Positions 18,808 through 29,167 are shown, numbered from the stretch's first letter. The stretch: DNA of 64,000 bases from Candidatus Latescibacterota bacterium (GCA_963667175.2 CAXXXF010000006.1:256001-320000), one strand, 5' to 3'. Notes: generated by a model not told the origin, from the letters alone. Numbers and translations are program-made.

Positions 18808-19974
18808 ATGAAAATTACGGACGTCGAAACCTTCATCGCCGGCAACCCGTGGAAGAACTGGCTCTTTACCCGAGTGCACACGGACGAGGGTGTCACCGGC
18901 GTCGGCGAGGGCACGGTCAACTTCCTGGCCCGCACGGTCGAATCCGCCATTCACGAACTCAGACCGCAGTGGGAAGGGCAGGATCCGTTCCAGCCCGAAC
19001 GCATTCTTCAGCGGATGTACCGCGACGTGTACACCGACGGGGGCCAGATCCATAAACATGCGGCGGCGGCCATCGAAGTCGCATGCTGGGACATCATGGG
19101 CAAGTGCCTGAACAAACCCGTCTATCAGCTTCTGGGCGGTCAGATGCGCGACAGGATCAGGGCCTACGCGAACGGCTGGTATCGCGGCCCGCGGACGCCG
19201 GAGAACTTTCACGAAAAGGCGCTGGACGTGGTTCGCCGCGGGTATACGGCCCTTAAATTCGACCCGTTCGGGTCCGCCTACCAGATCACGGATCTGGATG
19301 ACGAGGCGCTGGCCGTCGACATCATCGCGGCGGTGCGCGACGCCGTGGGCCCCGGCGTGGACGTTCTCGTGGAAGGGCATTGCCGATTCAGCACGTCCAC
19401 CGCCCTCAAATTCGCCCGCAAGATGGAGCCGTACAATCCCACCTGGTTCGAGGAACCGACGCCTCACCACAAAATCGACGCCCTCACCCAGGTTGCGAGA
19501 GAATCGCCGGTACCCATCGCCACCGGCGAAAGCCTCCATACGAAATACCAGTTCGCCGAACTGCTGAAACACGACGTCGTACACATCCTGCAGCCGGAAC
19601 CACTGGCCTGTGGCGGTCTGTGGTCAACCCGCATGATATGCGACATGGTCGACGCGCACTACGGCGTGGTCGCGCCGCACGACGCACAGGGCCCCGTCTG
19701 CACCGCCATCTGCCTCCAACTGGCGGCCTGCACGCCCAACCACTTCATACAGGAGACGTTCGACGAATTCAACGTGGCGTGGGAACGCGACCTGGTTACG
19801 GGCGAGAGGTATGACGTCGTAGACGGCTGGTTCAGCGTGCCAACCGCGCCCGGCCTGGGCATCGATCTCAACGTCGAGGAGATTCGCAAACATCCCTATT
19901 CCGTGAAAAACCACCTGCCGCTCTTCAGGGACGGCTGGGAACGCCGTGTTTCCCAGGAGGATTTGACGTCATGA
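18808..19974 (+). CDS. Mandelate racemase / enolase superfamily acid-sugar dehydratase (galactonate dehydratase-like)
   Basis: WDIMGK, YANGW, ALKFDPFG, VEGHCRF, WFEEP, ATGE, VAPHD. Confidence 0.9.
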   Translation: MKITDVETFIAGNPWKNWLFTRVHTDEGVTGVGEGTVNFLARTVESAIHELRPQWEGQDPFQPERILQRMYRDVYTDGGQIHKHAAAAIEVACWDIMGKCLNKPVYQLLGGQMRDRIRAYANGWYRGPRTPENFHEKALDVVRRGYTALKFDPFGSAYQITDLDDEALAVDIIAAVRDAVGPGVDVLVEGHCRFSTSTALKFARKMEPYNPTWFEEPTPHHKIDALTQVARESPVPIATGESLHTKYQFAELLKHDVVHILQPEPLACGGLWSTRMICDMVDAHYGVVAPHDAQGPVCTAICLQLAACTPNHFIQETFDEFNVAWERDLVTGERYDVVDGWFSVPTAPGLGIDLNVEEIRKHPYSVKNHLPLFRDGWERRVSQEDLTS

Positions 19975-21341
19975 ATGTCGTCTTCATCGTGCTCGACAGC
20001 TTCCGTCAGGATCACGTAAGCCTGTATCATCGCGGCGTTGCGCCTTTTTCGGGCGTCGACGCCTGCAAGACGCCCAATATCGACGAATTCGCGGGGGAAT
20101 CGGTGGTGTTCGAAAACGCGTATCCGGAAGCCCTGCCCACCATTCCGATTCGCTGCCAGCTGATGACCGGGCAGCGCACGCTGCACAACCGCGGCTGGCA
20201 ACCTCTCACCGCCGAAGACGTGCACGTCGCCCAGATACTCTCCGGAGAGGACTATGTCTGCGGGCTCATCACGGATACGTACCACTACCGGGCGCCCGGA
20301 ATGAATTATCACCGGAACTTCGCCTCGTACGACTGGATCCGGGGCCAGGAATACGATCCCTGGATCTCGGCGTCGACCCGGCGCGATATCGACGACTACG
20401 TCAATGGAAACTATCCCGAAACCTGGCGCCGGCGCATCTCACAGTTCCTGGCCAATACCGACGGCTTCCACTCGGCCGAAGACGAATTCGCGTGGAAAGT
20501 GGTCGACAGCGCCGTCGACTGGCTCGACGCCAACCGGTCGCACGGGAACGTGATGCTCTGGGTGGATTCGTTCGACCCCCACGAACCCTGGAATCCGGTG
20601 CCGGAATTCGACAGCTACACCGATCCCGCCTTTCGGGGACCCCGGCTGATTATGCCGATGGGCGGACCATCCGAAGACTGGGCCTCGCCCGACGAGATCT
20701 CCCACGTCCAGGGCCTCTACGCGGGGGAATGCGCCTTTGTGGACCACTGCCTCGGGCGGCTCTTCGACGCGTTGAAAAACCAGGGATATTACGACGACAG
20801 CGTCATTTTTCTGCTGGCCGACCACGGACATCCTCTGAACGACCACGGCAAATTCCTGAAGGGCGCGGACCGGATGTACAACGAATTGCTCAAGGTCCCG
20901 TTCATGGTCAGATTGCCGCGAGGGAGACACGGGGGTCGGCGGACGTCCGCGATCATACAGTACCAGGACGTGCTGCCCACCCTCCTCGACGCGCTCGGCC
21001 TGCCCGGCAACACCGACGCGATAGCCGGCCGCAGTTTCATGCCCGTACTCACCGGAGATTCGGACGAACACCGGCGGACGATGATCACGGGCTACCATAG
21101 CGGAATCGACCGCTGCACCCGAGACGACGCCTGGAGTTATATCCAGCGCCCGGCGGGCGAACCCGACGAACTGTACCATCTTCCGGACGATCCGAAGGAA
21201 GAAAACAACCTTATCGACGATCACCCCGACGAGGCCCTGCGCCTGGCGGGCGCATTTGGAAAGACGTTCAAACGCACGTCAACGAAGACGGTCAAAGGGG
21301 TACAGGGTGAATATGAAATGGCCTCATCGAGCATCGACTGA
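19971..21341 (+). CDS. Sulfatase-like hydrolase
   Basis: LDSFRQDH, LPTIPIRCQLMTG, DSFDPHEPW, ADHGH, ELYHLPDDPKE; ATGA overlap with upstream gene. Confidence 0.88.
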   Translation: MNVVFIVLDSFRQDHVSLYHRGVAPFSGVDACKTPNIDEFAGESVVFENAYPEALPTIPIRCQLMTGQRTLHNRGWQPLTAEDVHVAQILSGEDYVCGLITDTYHYRAPGMNYHRNFASYDWIRGQEYDPWISASTRRDIDDYVNGNYPETWRRRISQFLANTDGFHSAEDEFAWKVVDSAVDWLDANRSHGNVMLWVDSFDPHEPWNPVPEFDSYTDPAFRGPRLIMPMGGPSEDWASPDEISHVQGLYAGECAFVDHCLGRLFDALKNQGYYDDSVIFLLADHGHPLNDHGKFLKGADRMYNELLKVPFMVRLPRGRHGGRRTSAIIQYQDVLPTLLDALGLPGNTDAIAGRSFMPVLTGDSDEHRRTMITGYHSGIDRCTRDDAWSYIQRPAGEPDELYHLPDDPKEENNLIDDHPDEALRLAGAFGKTFKRTSTKTVKGVQGEYEMASSSID

Positions 21342-21460
21342 ACCGACGTCATCGCGCCCCGGCGGGAGCCAGTGACCTGATTTCGTGGAAGGATCGGCGA
21401 CGGCGCAGCGCCGAGGCGGCGCCCCTCGCCGAGAACACCGCGCCATAGAAAGGAGACCCC

Positions 21461-22201
21461 GTGGAAAATCCCGTGAAAACGAAACTCTTGAGGGGCAAGT
21501 TGTCCCTCGGCGGCTGGCTGAACCTGGGTTCCCCGCTGGCCGCGGAACTCATGGCCGCCGCCGGTTACGAGTGGCTGGCCATAGACGCGGAACACTCGCC
21601 GTTTGACATCCCCCTGATCGCGGATACGTTCCGGGCCGTCGAAGCCCGGGGCGCCGTGCCCTTCGTCCGCGCCTGGGACCACGGTCCCGTATCCCTTGCC
21701 CGCATCCTGGACGCCGGCGCGTACGGCATCATCGTGCCCCACGTCAGCACGCCCCGGCAGGCGGAAGCACTGGTGCAGGCCATGCGCTATCCGCCGGAGG
21801 GCGCCCGCTCCGCCGGTACGGGCAGGGTGGCCGTCTACGGCGACGAATATCGCCGGAACGCCAACGATGCGGTGATGATCGCACCCCAGATTGAAGATAT
21901 GGAGGGCATCAACAACACGGAAGCCATCATGTCCGTCGAGGGGATCGACGTGGGATTCCTCGGACCCAACGACCTTGCCCTCTCCATGGGCGTGAATCGA
22001 GGCCACCCGGATCACGAGAAGGCCATCCGGACGTTCGTGTCGGGATGCAGGAACGCCGGCAAACCATACGGGATGCCCGAGCGCGACCTGGACACTGCCA
22101 GGAAACGCATTCGTGAGGGGTTCACGTTCATGGACGTCGCCAGCGACCTGCGCACCCTGGAAGCCGGCGTGAACCATGCGCTGGCCGAAATCAGATCCTG
22201 A
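21461..22201 (+). CDS. HpcH/HpaI family class II aldolase
   Basis: IDAEHS, LDAGAYGIIVPHV, RYPPEGARS, QIE, FLGPNDLALSMG. Confidence 0.92.
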   Translation: MENPVKTKLLRGKLSLGGWLNLGSPLAAELMAAAGYEWLAIDAEHSPFDIPLIADTFRAVEARGAVPFVRAWDHGPVSLARILDAGAYGIIVPHVSTPRQAEALVQAMRYPPEGARSAGTGRVAVYGDEYRRNANDAVMIAPQIEDMEGINNTEAIMSVEGIDVGFLGPNDLALSMGVNRGHPDHEKAIRTFVSGCRNAGKPYGMPERDLDTARKRIREGFTFMDVASDLRTLEAGVNHALAEIRS

Positions 22202-22216
22202 GAGACCAGGGGGAGA

Positions 22217-22257
22217 CCCTCACCCACCGACCCCCTCTCCCAGGGGGAGAGGGGGAG
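22217..22257. repeat. REP-like palindrome
   Basis: ccctcacccaccgaccccctctcccagggggagagggggag hairpin between convergent genes. Confidence 0.65.
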
Positions 22258-22331
22258 CAAGACTACAGGTCGAATCGCTCACTATATACCCGCTGGATGG
22301 CCACTCGACAGACCATCCGGCGCCCGGGTCT

Positions 22332-23543
22332 TCAGACGAGATTTCCCTCCGCGCGACTGTTCGAACCTGTCACCACAACGGGTTCCCGCATCCCCACGCA
22401 CATGTTGCCGCCCACCAGATTGGTATCGCTGGATCCGCTTTCCACGATGCCGCCGGTCTGCGTGGGATCCGCCTGGTCGTCGGCACAACGATTGCCATGC
22501 ACAATTGTCCGCTGCAGGTCGTGAAGCCGAATCCCGGGCCAGCGACCGGGCGCCTCCTGCGAATTGCTCAGCAGCAGGTTTCCGGAAACCACCTGCTCCT
22601 CGCCCCGGTTGGCGTCGATCCCGCAGCGCCCGTTGTACGCGCAGACATTGTCGCTGATGACGTTGTGATGGTCGCCGCCGTTCGCCACCCCGCCGATCCC
22701 GTTCTGACGGTTTCTTGAAAACACGCTGTCGCTGCACACCGTATGGTGCACGCGGGCGCAGAAGAAAAAGCCGTCGCCGCCGTTGCCTTCCGCGATGTTG
22801 TGCGACCAGACGCTCGCGCGGAGCGCCGTACCGGGGTGAAAGCCGTGTCCGCGGCAGCCGTGGGCCTGGCATTGTGTCACCTGAACGTCGCTGCCGCGCT
22901 GAATGCCGATCCCGTCGCTCGGCCAACCCAAAACCGTGCAGTTCGCCACCCGCACCCGCTGGCATCCCACCAGATGGACCGCGGCATAGGTGAAATCCCA
23001 CCAGGGCCCCCGGACATTCTCCGGACCCCGTATGGCGAGTCCCTGAATCTCGATATCGACTTCATCCCGCGCGTAAATCGCCGGGCACAGCCGGACGGCC
23101 CGCGCGTTGTCGACCACCTTCAACGCCCGTTCCAGCGGAACGTTCAGCCGCACGCGGGTCCCGTTTCGCGCCAGAACGACGCCGTGCGTACCGTGCCAGC
23201 CGTACTGCCGGTCGTCGCATATTCCGACGGCGTCGCCCGCCTCGAACGGCGGTAGCGTGCGGCATTCGACCTCGTATTCGCCCTCCCGCGCGTCTTTGTC
23301 CAGGGCAACGGATTCCGGCGGACGTATCGCCAGAACGGTCGCTGGACCGTCGCCGACCAGGCTTACGCGTCGAGGTAAATATACGGACTGCCGCAGGAGA
23401 TAGGCGCCCGCCGGCGCGCGGACCCGTCCTCCCGCCGGCGACAGAGAAGCAATCGCCTCGGCAATCCCCGCCGTAGGGGATTCCGGATCGTAAAAATCCG
23501 CAGCATTGACTTCGGACTGCCGTGCCGGCGACCCCGACATCAC
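22332..23543 (-). CDS. Right-handed parallel beta-helix (pectate lyase-like) protein
   Basis: TAGIAEAIAS...GGRV..PAGAY start and repeated N-x-x-x-G-N / DGI stacks. Confidence 0.8.
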   Translation of the reverse strand: MMSGSPARQSEVNAADFYDPESPTAGIAEAIASLSPAGGRVRAPAGAYLLRQSVYLPRRVSLVGDGPATVLAIRPPESVALDKDAREGEYEVECRTLPPFEAGDAVGICDDRQYGWHGTHGVVLARNGTRVRLNVPLERALKVVDNARAVRLCPAIYARDEVDIEIQGLAIRGPENVRGPWWDFTYAAVHLVGCQRVRVANCTVLGWPSDGIGIQRGSDVQVTQCQAHGCRGHGFHPGTALRASVWSHNIAEGNGGDGFFFCARVHHTVCSDSVFSRNRQNGIGGVANGGDHHNVISDNVCAYNGRCGIDANRGEEQVVSGNLLLSNSQEAPGRWPGIRLHDLQRTIVHGNRCADDQADPTQTGGIVESGSSDTNLVGGNMCVGMREPVVVTGSNSRAEGNLV

Positions 23544-23580
23544 ACGCTCCCTGCGATACAGGCGACCCGCGCCACGACGC

Positions 23581-24309
23581 TCAAACCGACGGCGGCTCCA
23601 GAATAACCGTCACGCCCATATCGGCGAATTTCGACCGCTCTTCCGCCGATCCGATCCGGTGACACACCGCCACACCGGTACCTTCGAGAGACTCTGCAAC
23701 GTAGGCCACGGCGTCATCCACCGACTTCAGGGCGTGATTGGGGTGCGCCCTCAGGTTGAACGTCAGGTCGGTGGGCCCGAACGAAAGGCAATCCACTCCG
23801 GGCCGGGCCAGAAAATGCGCCCGGGTCGCGGCCTCTACGGACTCGATCTGAAGCCACAACACACCGTACGCGTTCCACCAGTCCGCGTATTCGAAAGGAT
23901 CGGAGAACGCCGACGCCCCGCGCCGGGAACGGCCGCCGATGCTCCGGATCCCCGCCTGCGGATAGTAAAACGCGTTCACCGCCTCGATTGCCGTCTCGTC
24001 CGTCTCGGTCTGAGGCACCTCCACGCCGCACGGTCCCAGATCCAGGTAATTCCCGATCAGGTACGCGTTCCTGGTGTGTTTGATGCGAAACTGGACGAAC
24101 ACGTCCAGTTCCTCCGCGATGCCGCAGAATTCTTCCAGCCGCTCCTCGTTAAACGCGGAATGCTGGCTGTCTGCGGATACGAAATCGTACGGACCGCTGT
24201 CCATCACCTGCAGGAATCGCTCCCGCGTCGCGTTCAGCGGCAGCATCGTGCCCACAATCTGCTCGCCGTTGCGCATCCGTTTCTTGAGACCCATCGCGTT
24301 TTCGAACAT
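23581..24309 (-). CDS. HpcH/HpaI family aldolase (divergent)
   Basis: ADSQHS, YLDLGPCGVEVP, FYYPQAGIRS, LQIES, SFGPTDL. Confidence 0.85.
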   Translation of the reverse strand: MFENAMGLKKRMRNGEQIVGTMLPLNATRERFLQVMDSGPYDFVSADSQHSAFNEERLEEFCGIAEELDVFVQFRIKHTRNAYLIGNYLDLGPCGVEVPQTETDETAIEAVNAFYYPQAGIRSIGGRSRRGASAFSDPFEYADWWNAYGVLWLQIESVEAATRAHFLARPGVDCLSFGPTDLTFNLRAHPNHALKSVDDAVAYVAESLEGTGVAVCHRIGSAEERSKFADMGVTVILEPPSV

Positions 24310-24412
24310 ACAACCTCCGGTTTCGATCATGGCGAAAGGAGATCCGTACCAGATCCTCATTCATGATGCCTGTTGCTCTAACCTCAATTCGAAAAAGACA
24401 ACCGCTAAATCA

Positions 24413-24439
24413 GCCACAAAAAGCACAAAAGTCACAAAA
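24413..24439. repeat. Short 9-nt-period CACAAAA tandem repeat
   Basis: gccacaaaaagcacaaaagtcacaaaa. Confidence 0.6.
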
Positions 24440-24659
24440 GGTATCGGCGCCAAACGGGGCGTAGAGGTCGTCCATAAGGACAATTCTTCCGTTCACGTCC
24501 AGTAACCTGAAAGTTCCTGGATATCCGACGTCAAATCGCCTTTATTCACCTGGATATATTCGATTTAACCTCACCGAAAAATTACAAATCAAGGCTAATC
24601 GTCGAATTGTTGGGGTTCTCCACAATCATGCGGAGGCGTACGAGGTCAGATTCAGAGAA

Positions 24660-25901
24660 TCAACGCAAGTCTGCCGCGTGCGTTCTCACCTTTTCGAACG
24701 CCATGCAGAGATCTGTCATCTTCGATTCTGAGGCGAGCAGAACCGTCTGAGACAGCCAGATACGGTCTTTACAGGCCTTCTCGGCGTTCGGCAGGCAAAG
24801 TCGCCGATAGTCCGGCGCGTCGTCCATCGTGGTCCAGGCGAAGGGCTTGTAGGAACCGGCCGTCCAGTCGTTCTGAAAGACGGGATTCCGATAGACCGGC
24901 TCGGTATAGCCGCCGCTGGCTGGCGCCCCCTCCGCTCTGAGCGCCTGAAGGAACCGCTCCCGGGATACCCCCTCGAATTCGTCCGGCTCGTACCTGGCGC
25001 TGTAAATGTGCCAGCTCGCCCTTGTCGCATCCCGTAGCCTTTCGACCGGCTCGATACCATCGATCCGAGAAAGCGCCCGGGTCAACGTCGCTGCATTCTG
25101 TTCCCGGATATCCGTTTGCATTCTGACCCGCTCCAGCTGGCACAAGAGTATCGCGGCCGCAAAATCCGTCATTCGATGGTTGCCGCCCCAGCGGCGTCCT
25201 TCGGGCGCACGGTCGAACCGGGACCGTCCCGAATTGATCACGCAGTTCATTCGGTCGGCCACCTCTTCGTCGTTCGTCAGTGCGATTCCACCCTCTCCGC
25301 ACGTGATGTTCTTGCTTCGCTGAAAACTGAATCCCGACGCCAGACCCCAGCTGCCCAGACCCTTTTCCATGTACGCCGCACCCCAGCCGTGACAGGCATC
25401 TTCAAGCACGACGAGAGCGTGACGGTCCGCAATGCTCCGGATACGCCGCATATCACATGCCAGCCCGCCGAAGTGCACAACCATGATCGCCTTCGTTCGG
25501 GGGGTAAGCGCCGCCTCAATCGCATCCGGATCGATATTGTCCGAATTCGGAGCGATGTCCGCGAAGGTTACCGTCGCGCCGGCCCCCAGAATTCCCATAC
25601 ACGTACCGTGAAACGTATATGGACTGGTGATCACCTCGTCTCCGATGCCGACCTCCGCGCCCCGGCACGCAGCTTCCAGCGCATTGGTGCCCCCACTGCA
25701 AACCACCCCGTATGCGGCATCCTGAAAACTGGCGAATTTCTCTTCAAATTCCAGACACCTGGGGCCGTAGTTCCAGTTCCGACTGCGCGCCACCTCCAGC
25801 AACATGGCCTCTTCAGTCTGGTCGAACTGCGGCCAGGGATCCGCAATCCCTTGTGTAAGCTCGGGCTCTCCGCCCAACAGTGCGAGTCGGCTGGACATCA
25901 C
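24660..25901 (-). CDS. DegT/DnrJ/EryC1/StrS family PLP-dependent aminotransferase
   Basis: GDEVITSPYTF, VHFGG, LEDACHGWG, FSFQRSKNITCGEGG, GNHRMTDF. Confidence 0.93.
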   Translation of the reverse strand: MMSSRLALLGGEPELTQGIADPWPQFDQTEEAMLLEVARSRNWNYGPRCLEFEEKFASFQDAAYGVVCSGGTNALEAACRGAEVGIGDEVITSPYTFHGTCMGILGAGATVTFADIAPNSDNIDPDAIEAALTPRTKAIMVVHFGGLACDMRRIRSIADRHALVVLEDACHGWGAAYMEKGLGSWGLASGFSFQRSKNITCGEGGIALTNDEEVADRMNCVINSGRSRFDRAPEGRRWGGNHRMTDFAAAILLCQLERVRMQTDIREQNAATLTRALSRIDGIEPVERLRDATRASWHIYSARYEPDEFEGVSRERFLQALRAEGAPASGGYTEPVYRNPVFQNDWTAGSYKPFAWTTMDDAPDYRRLCLPNAEKACKDRIWLSQTVLLASESKMTDLCMAFEKVRTHAADLR

Positions 25902-26001
25902 GCGCCTTCAAAACAGAAAAATTCAGCGTTGCGTTACGGGCAGGTCGGACATAGATTTCCAGGCGCCGGAAACCAGACGTCATTGTGAACGGAGATTATT
26001 C

Positions 26002-26625
26002 ATGAGAGTCGAAATCAGCAGCCGGTCCACGCCGTACGAATATCAGTCGCTCCAGGGGCACGCGCTCTTCAGCATGGAAGAAGCCGTGCTCTCATACGAG
26101 CGCTTCGACGGCCGGATGAGCCCTCCGGTCAAACGCGTGAATTTCAACCGGAGCGACAGCGTTTCGGTCCTTCTCTATGCGTGGGAGACCGACGAAATCG
26201 TCCTCGTAGAACAATTCCGCTACCCCGCGTACGCAAGCTATCCTGAATCGGAACGGGACGGCAAGGGCTGGATCCTGGAAACCGTCGCCGGCATCAAGGA
26301 TGCCCGCGGGCCCGACGTGGCCCGACGCGAACTGCTTGAAGAAACAGGATTCACGCTCATCGGCGACCTGGAGCACCTCACCACCGCTTACGTCAGCCCG
26401 GGCGGCGCCTCTGAACGCGTCGAACTCTATCTTGCCCGTGTACGTACACCGGAAGGCATCCGGAAGCACGCGGGACTGGAAACCGAAACAGAAGACATCC
26501 GCACGCATACCATCCCATTTGAAGAGGCCCTTCGCATGGTCGCGGACGGACGCATCGTGGACTTGAAGACGATTGTCTCGCTTTACATGCTCAAAGAACG
26601 ATTGGACGGAAGAAGGGAAACTTAA
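26002..26625 (+). CDS. NUDIX hydrolase (ADP-ribose / NDP-sugar pyrophosphatase-like)
   Basis: LVEQFRYP, RRELLEETG, YVSPGG, EDI, IVDLKTI. Confidence 0.88.
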   Translation: MRVEISSRSTPYEYQSLQGHALFSMEEAVLSYERFDGRMSPPVKRVNFNRSDSVSVLLYAWETDEIVLVEQFRYPAYASYPESERDGKGWILETVAGIKDARGPDVARRELLEETGFTLIGDLEHLTTAYVSPGGASERVELYLARVRTPEGIRKHAGLETETEDIRTHTIPFEEALRMVADGRIVDLKTIVSLYMLKERLDGRRET

Positions 26626-26649
26626 GAAGCTGTCTCAATATTCTCCGCG

Positions 26650-28095
26650 TCACAGCAGCAGCCCCTTCCGCACCCGGTCCGCCTCCGGGTACCGTTCGGC
26701 CAATGCCGCCACGTCGCTCACGAATCCCGCGGCCTGTTCCTCCGCCTGCCCCACGAAGCGACCGCTCTCACCCAGTATCTCCTCGATCTCCCGGGCCGAG
26801 AGCGGGACCCGGCTGTCATCTCCCAGCCGCTGTGCCAGGTCGTTTTTCTCCCGACCCTCTTCGCGCATTTCCAGCGCCACGGCCACCGCGTGCTCCTTCA
26901 GCGCGTCGTGGACCCGTTCCCGACCTGCGCCCCGCTGGACGGAAGCCATCAGCAACGTGGTCGTGGCCAGGAACGGCATATACCGGGTCAGCTCATTCCG
27001 AATGACCGCCTCGTGTACGCCCATTTCGTCGAGCACGTGAAGCGCGGTCTCGAGCATGCCGTCAAACGCGAAAATGGCGTCGGGCAACGCCACCCGTCGC
27101 ACGACCGAGCAGGACACGTCGCCCTCGAACCACTGGTCGCCGACGAGCCCGCCGGCCATGTGGACGTAACCGCCCAGCAGCACCTGAAACCCGTTGATCC
27201 GCTCGGCGCTGCGCGTATTCATCTTGTGAGGCATGGCGGACGAACCCACCTGGCCCTTCGCGAATCCCTCGGTCGCAACCTCGGCGCCAGCCATCAATCT
27301 CAACGTGCGCGACAGATTTGCGATGCCCCCGCCCATCTGGTAGAGGCAACTGATCGCCTCAAAGTCCAGACCCCGGGGATAAACCTGTCCGACCGCGTTC
27401 AACTCGCGGCCGAACCCCAGATACGCCCGGACCTCCTCCTGGAGGGCCTTCAGCTTCTCATGGTCGCCGTGCACGAGCGTCAGCTGGTCCAGCGACGTCC
27501 CCACCGCGCCTTTCAACCCCCGAAGCGGATAATTTTCCACGAGATGCTCGAATCGCCGGAACGCGTGCAGCATGTCCTCGCCGAACATGGCGAATCGCTT
27601 TCCCACCGTTGTCGGCTGCGCCGCCGCATGGTGGGTGCGGCCGACAATGGGCATCGCCTTCCATTCCTGCACCCGCCGGCTCAGGCGCGACAGTATCGCC
27701 ACGTACTTGCCCGCCAGGTACCGTAATGAGCGCAGCATCTGAAACTGCTCCACGTTGTCCGTCAGATCCCGGCTGGTCATGCCCTTGTGGACGTGTTCGT
27801 ACCCGGCCAGTTCACAGAATTCCTCGATGCGCGCCTTGACGTCGTGCCGCGTCCGGGCTTCCCGGCGTTGTATCGAGGCCAGATCCACCTGGTCCACAAC
27901 CCCCTCATAGGCGCGAATCGCCTCCTCCGGCACGTCCAGTCCCAGTTTTCGCTGGGCTCGCATCACCGCGATCCAGAACCGCCGCTCCAGCGCGATTCGA
28001 CCCTCTTCGGACCAGATCCCTCTGATTTCCGAACTCGCGTACCGCGCGGCCAGGACGTTGGGTATATTTTCCGGCGTGTTCCTGTCCGTCTTCAT
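26650..28095 (-). CDS. purB: Adenylosuccinate lyase
   Basis: RHDVKA, HKGMTSRD, GRTH, QPTTVGKR, GSSAMPHKMN signature. Confidence 0.95.
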   Translation of the reverse strand: MKTDRNTPENIPNVLAARYASSEIRGIWSEEGRIALERRFWIAVMRAQRKLGLDVPEEAIRAYEGVVDQVDLASIQRREARTRHDVKARIEEFCELAGYEHVHKGMTSRDLTDNVEQFQMLRSLRYLAGKYVAILSRLSRRVQEWKAMPIVGRTHHAAAQPTTVGKRFAMFGEDMLHAFRRFEHLVENYPLRGLKGAVGTSLDQLTLVHGDHEKLKALQEEVRAYLGFGRELNAVGQVYPRGLDFEAISCLYQMGGGIANLSRTLRLMAGAEVATEGFAKGQVGSSAMPHKMNTRSAERINGFQVLLGGYVHMAGGLVGDQWFEGDVSCSVVRRVALPDAIFAFDGMLETALHVLDEMGVHEAVIRNELTRYMPFLATTTLLMASVQRGAGRERVHDALKEHAVAVALEMREEGREKNDLAQRLGDDSRVPLSAREIEEILGESGRFVGQAEEQAAGFVSDVAALAERYPEADRVRKGLLL

Positions 28096-28114
28096 TTCCC
28101 GCGATCCCCCGCTG

Positions 28115-29167
28115 TCACTCGATTGCTGCGGCGCCAACCGGATACGCCGGCGCCAACGCCATCATCTCCTCCGCATACGCGAACAGCGCCGGCGTGCCGC
28201 CGGTATGCACAAAAACCACCGTCTGTTCCGGCCCCCACCGGCCCTCGCGTATATGCCGGACCATCGCCCCGAAGGCCTTGCCGGTATACACAGGATCCAG
28301 GATCAGCGCCTCGGTGCGCGCGGCGAGTACAACCGCCTCCCGGCTCGCCTCGGTCAATGTTCCGTATGCCTCCCCCGCAAAGGCCCCGTACGTTTCGAAG
28401 TCGTCTCCGGCAAAGGACAGGTCCAGGGAGAGCATCCCGGCCACCGCGTTTGCAACCCGGGCCAGGTTGGCCGCGTCTTCTTCGTCATCCTGGGGGCTCG
28501 GACTGATCCCCACGACACGGACCGGGTCTCCCAGCGCCCGTGCGCCCACGACCAGCCCCACGTGGGTATGCACCCCGGAGCACACGTAGAGGCCGTCCGG
28601 GCGGATGTCACGTTCCTGCAGCTGTTCCCACAGTTCCAGAAAACCGTCCACGTAGGAAACGCTTCGCAGGTAATACCCGTCCGTGCTGGTATTGTAGACC
28701 CTGAGACCGTCCGCCTCCAGGCGGTCGATGACCCGCTCTTTCTCATCGGGACCGTCTACGAGGTGTACCTCGGCGCCGAACAGGTGATCCAGGAGCAGGT
28801 TCCCGTTTACGGGACGGGAATGCGCGTCATTCCGTCCGACCATGACGGCTTTGAGCCCGAATCGCGCCGCCATCGCCGCAGTAAGACGGGACTGATTCGA
28901 CTGAGACGCCGCCCCGTGCAACAAAACGTCGTAATTCTCCCGGATCGCCGGCGCCACGGAGTATTCGAACTCCCGCACCTTATTGCCGCCGAAGGCCATG
29001 CCGGTCTGGTCCTCCCGCTTGACCCAGACGCGGGGACCTCCCAGCTTCTCCGAGAGCCTGGGACATTCCAGGAGCGGTGTGGGAAGGTCCGCCAGGGACA
29101 GACGGGGAAAACGCGCCAGGCGCTCCCTTAATGCTTCGACCGTAATCACAGGTTTCACCACCGCCAT
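28115..29167 (-). CDS. D-cysteine desulfhydrase / ACC deaminase family PLP enzyme
   Basis: KREDQTGMAFGGNKVR, QSNQ, GNLLLD, LDPVYTGKA, VHTGG. Confidence 0.92.
   Translation of the reverse strand: MAVVKPVITVEALRERLARFPRLSLADLPTPLLECPRLSEKLGGPRVWVKREDQTGMAFGGNKVREFEYSVAPAIRENYDVLLHGAASQSNQSRLTAAMAARFGLKAVMVGRNDAHSRPVNGNLLLDHLFGAEVHLVDGPDEKERVIDRLEADGLRVYNTSTDGYYLRSVSYVDGFLELWEQLQERDIRPDGLYVCSGVHTHVGLVVGARALGDPVRVVGISPSPQDDEEDAANLARVANAVAGMLSLDLSFAGDDFETYGAFAGEAYGTLTEASREAVVLAARTEALILDPVYTGKAFGAMVRHIREGRWGPEQTVVFVHTGGTPALFAYAEEMMALAPAYPVGAAAIE

Noticed and set aside
24410-24550. 46-aa minus-strand ORF ending FCDFCAFCG as a Cys-rich peptide
   Set aside because: The Cys pattern is simply the translation of the CACAAAA tandem repeat; no clear RBS
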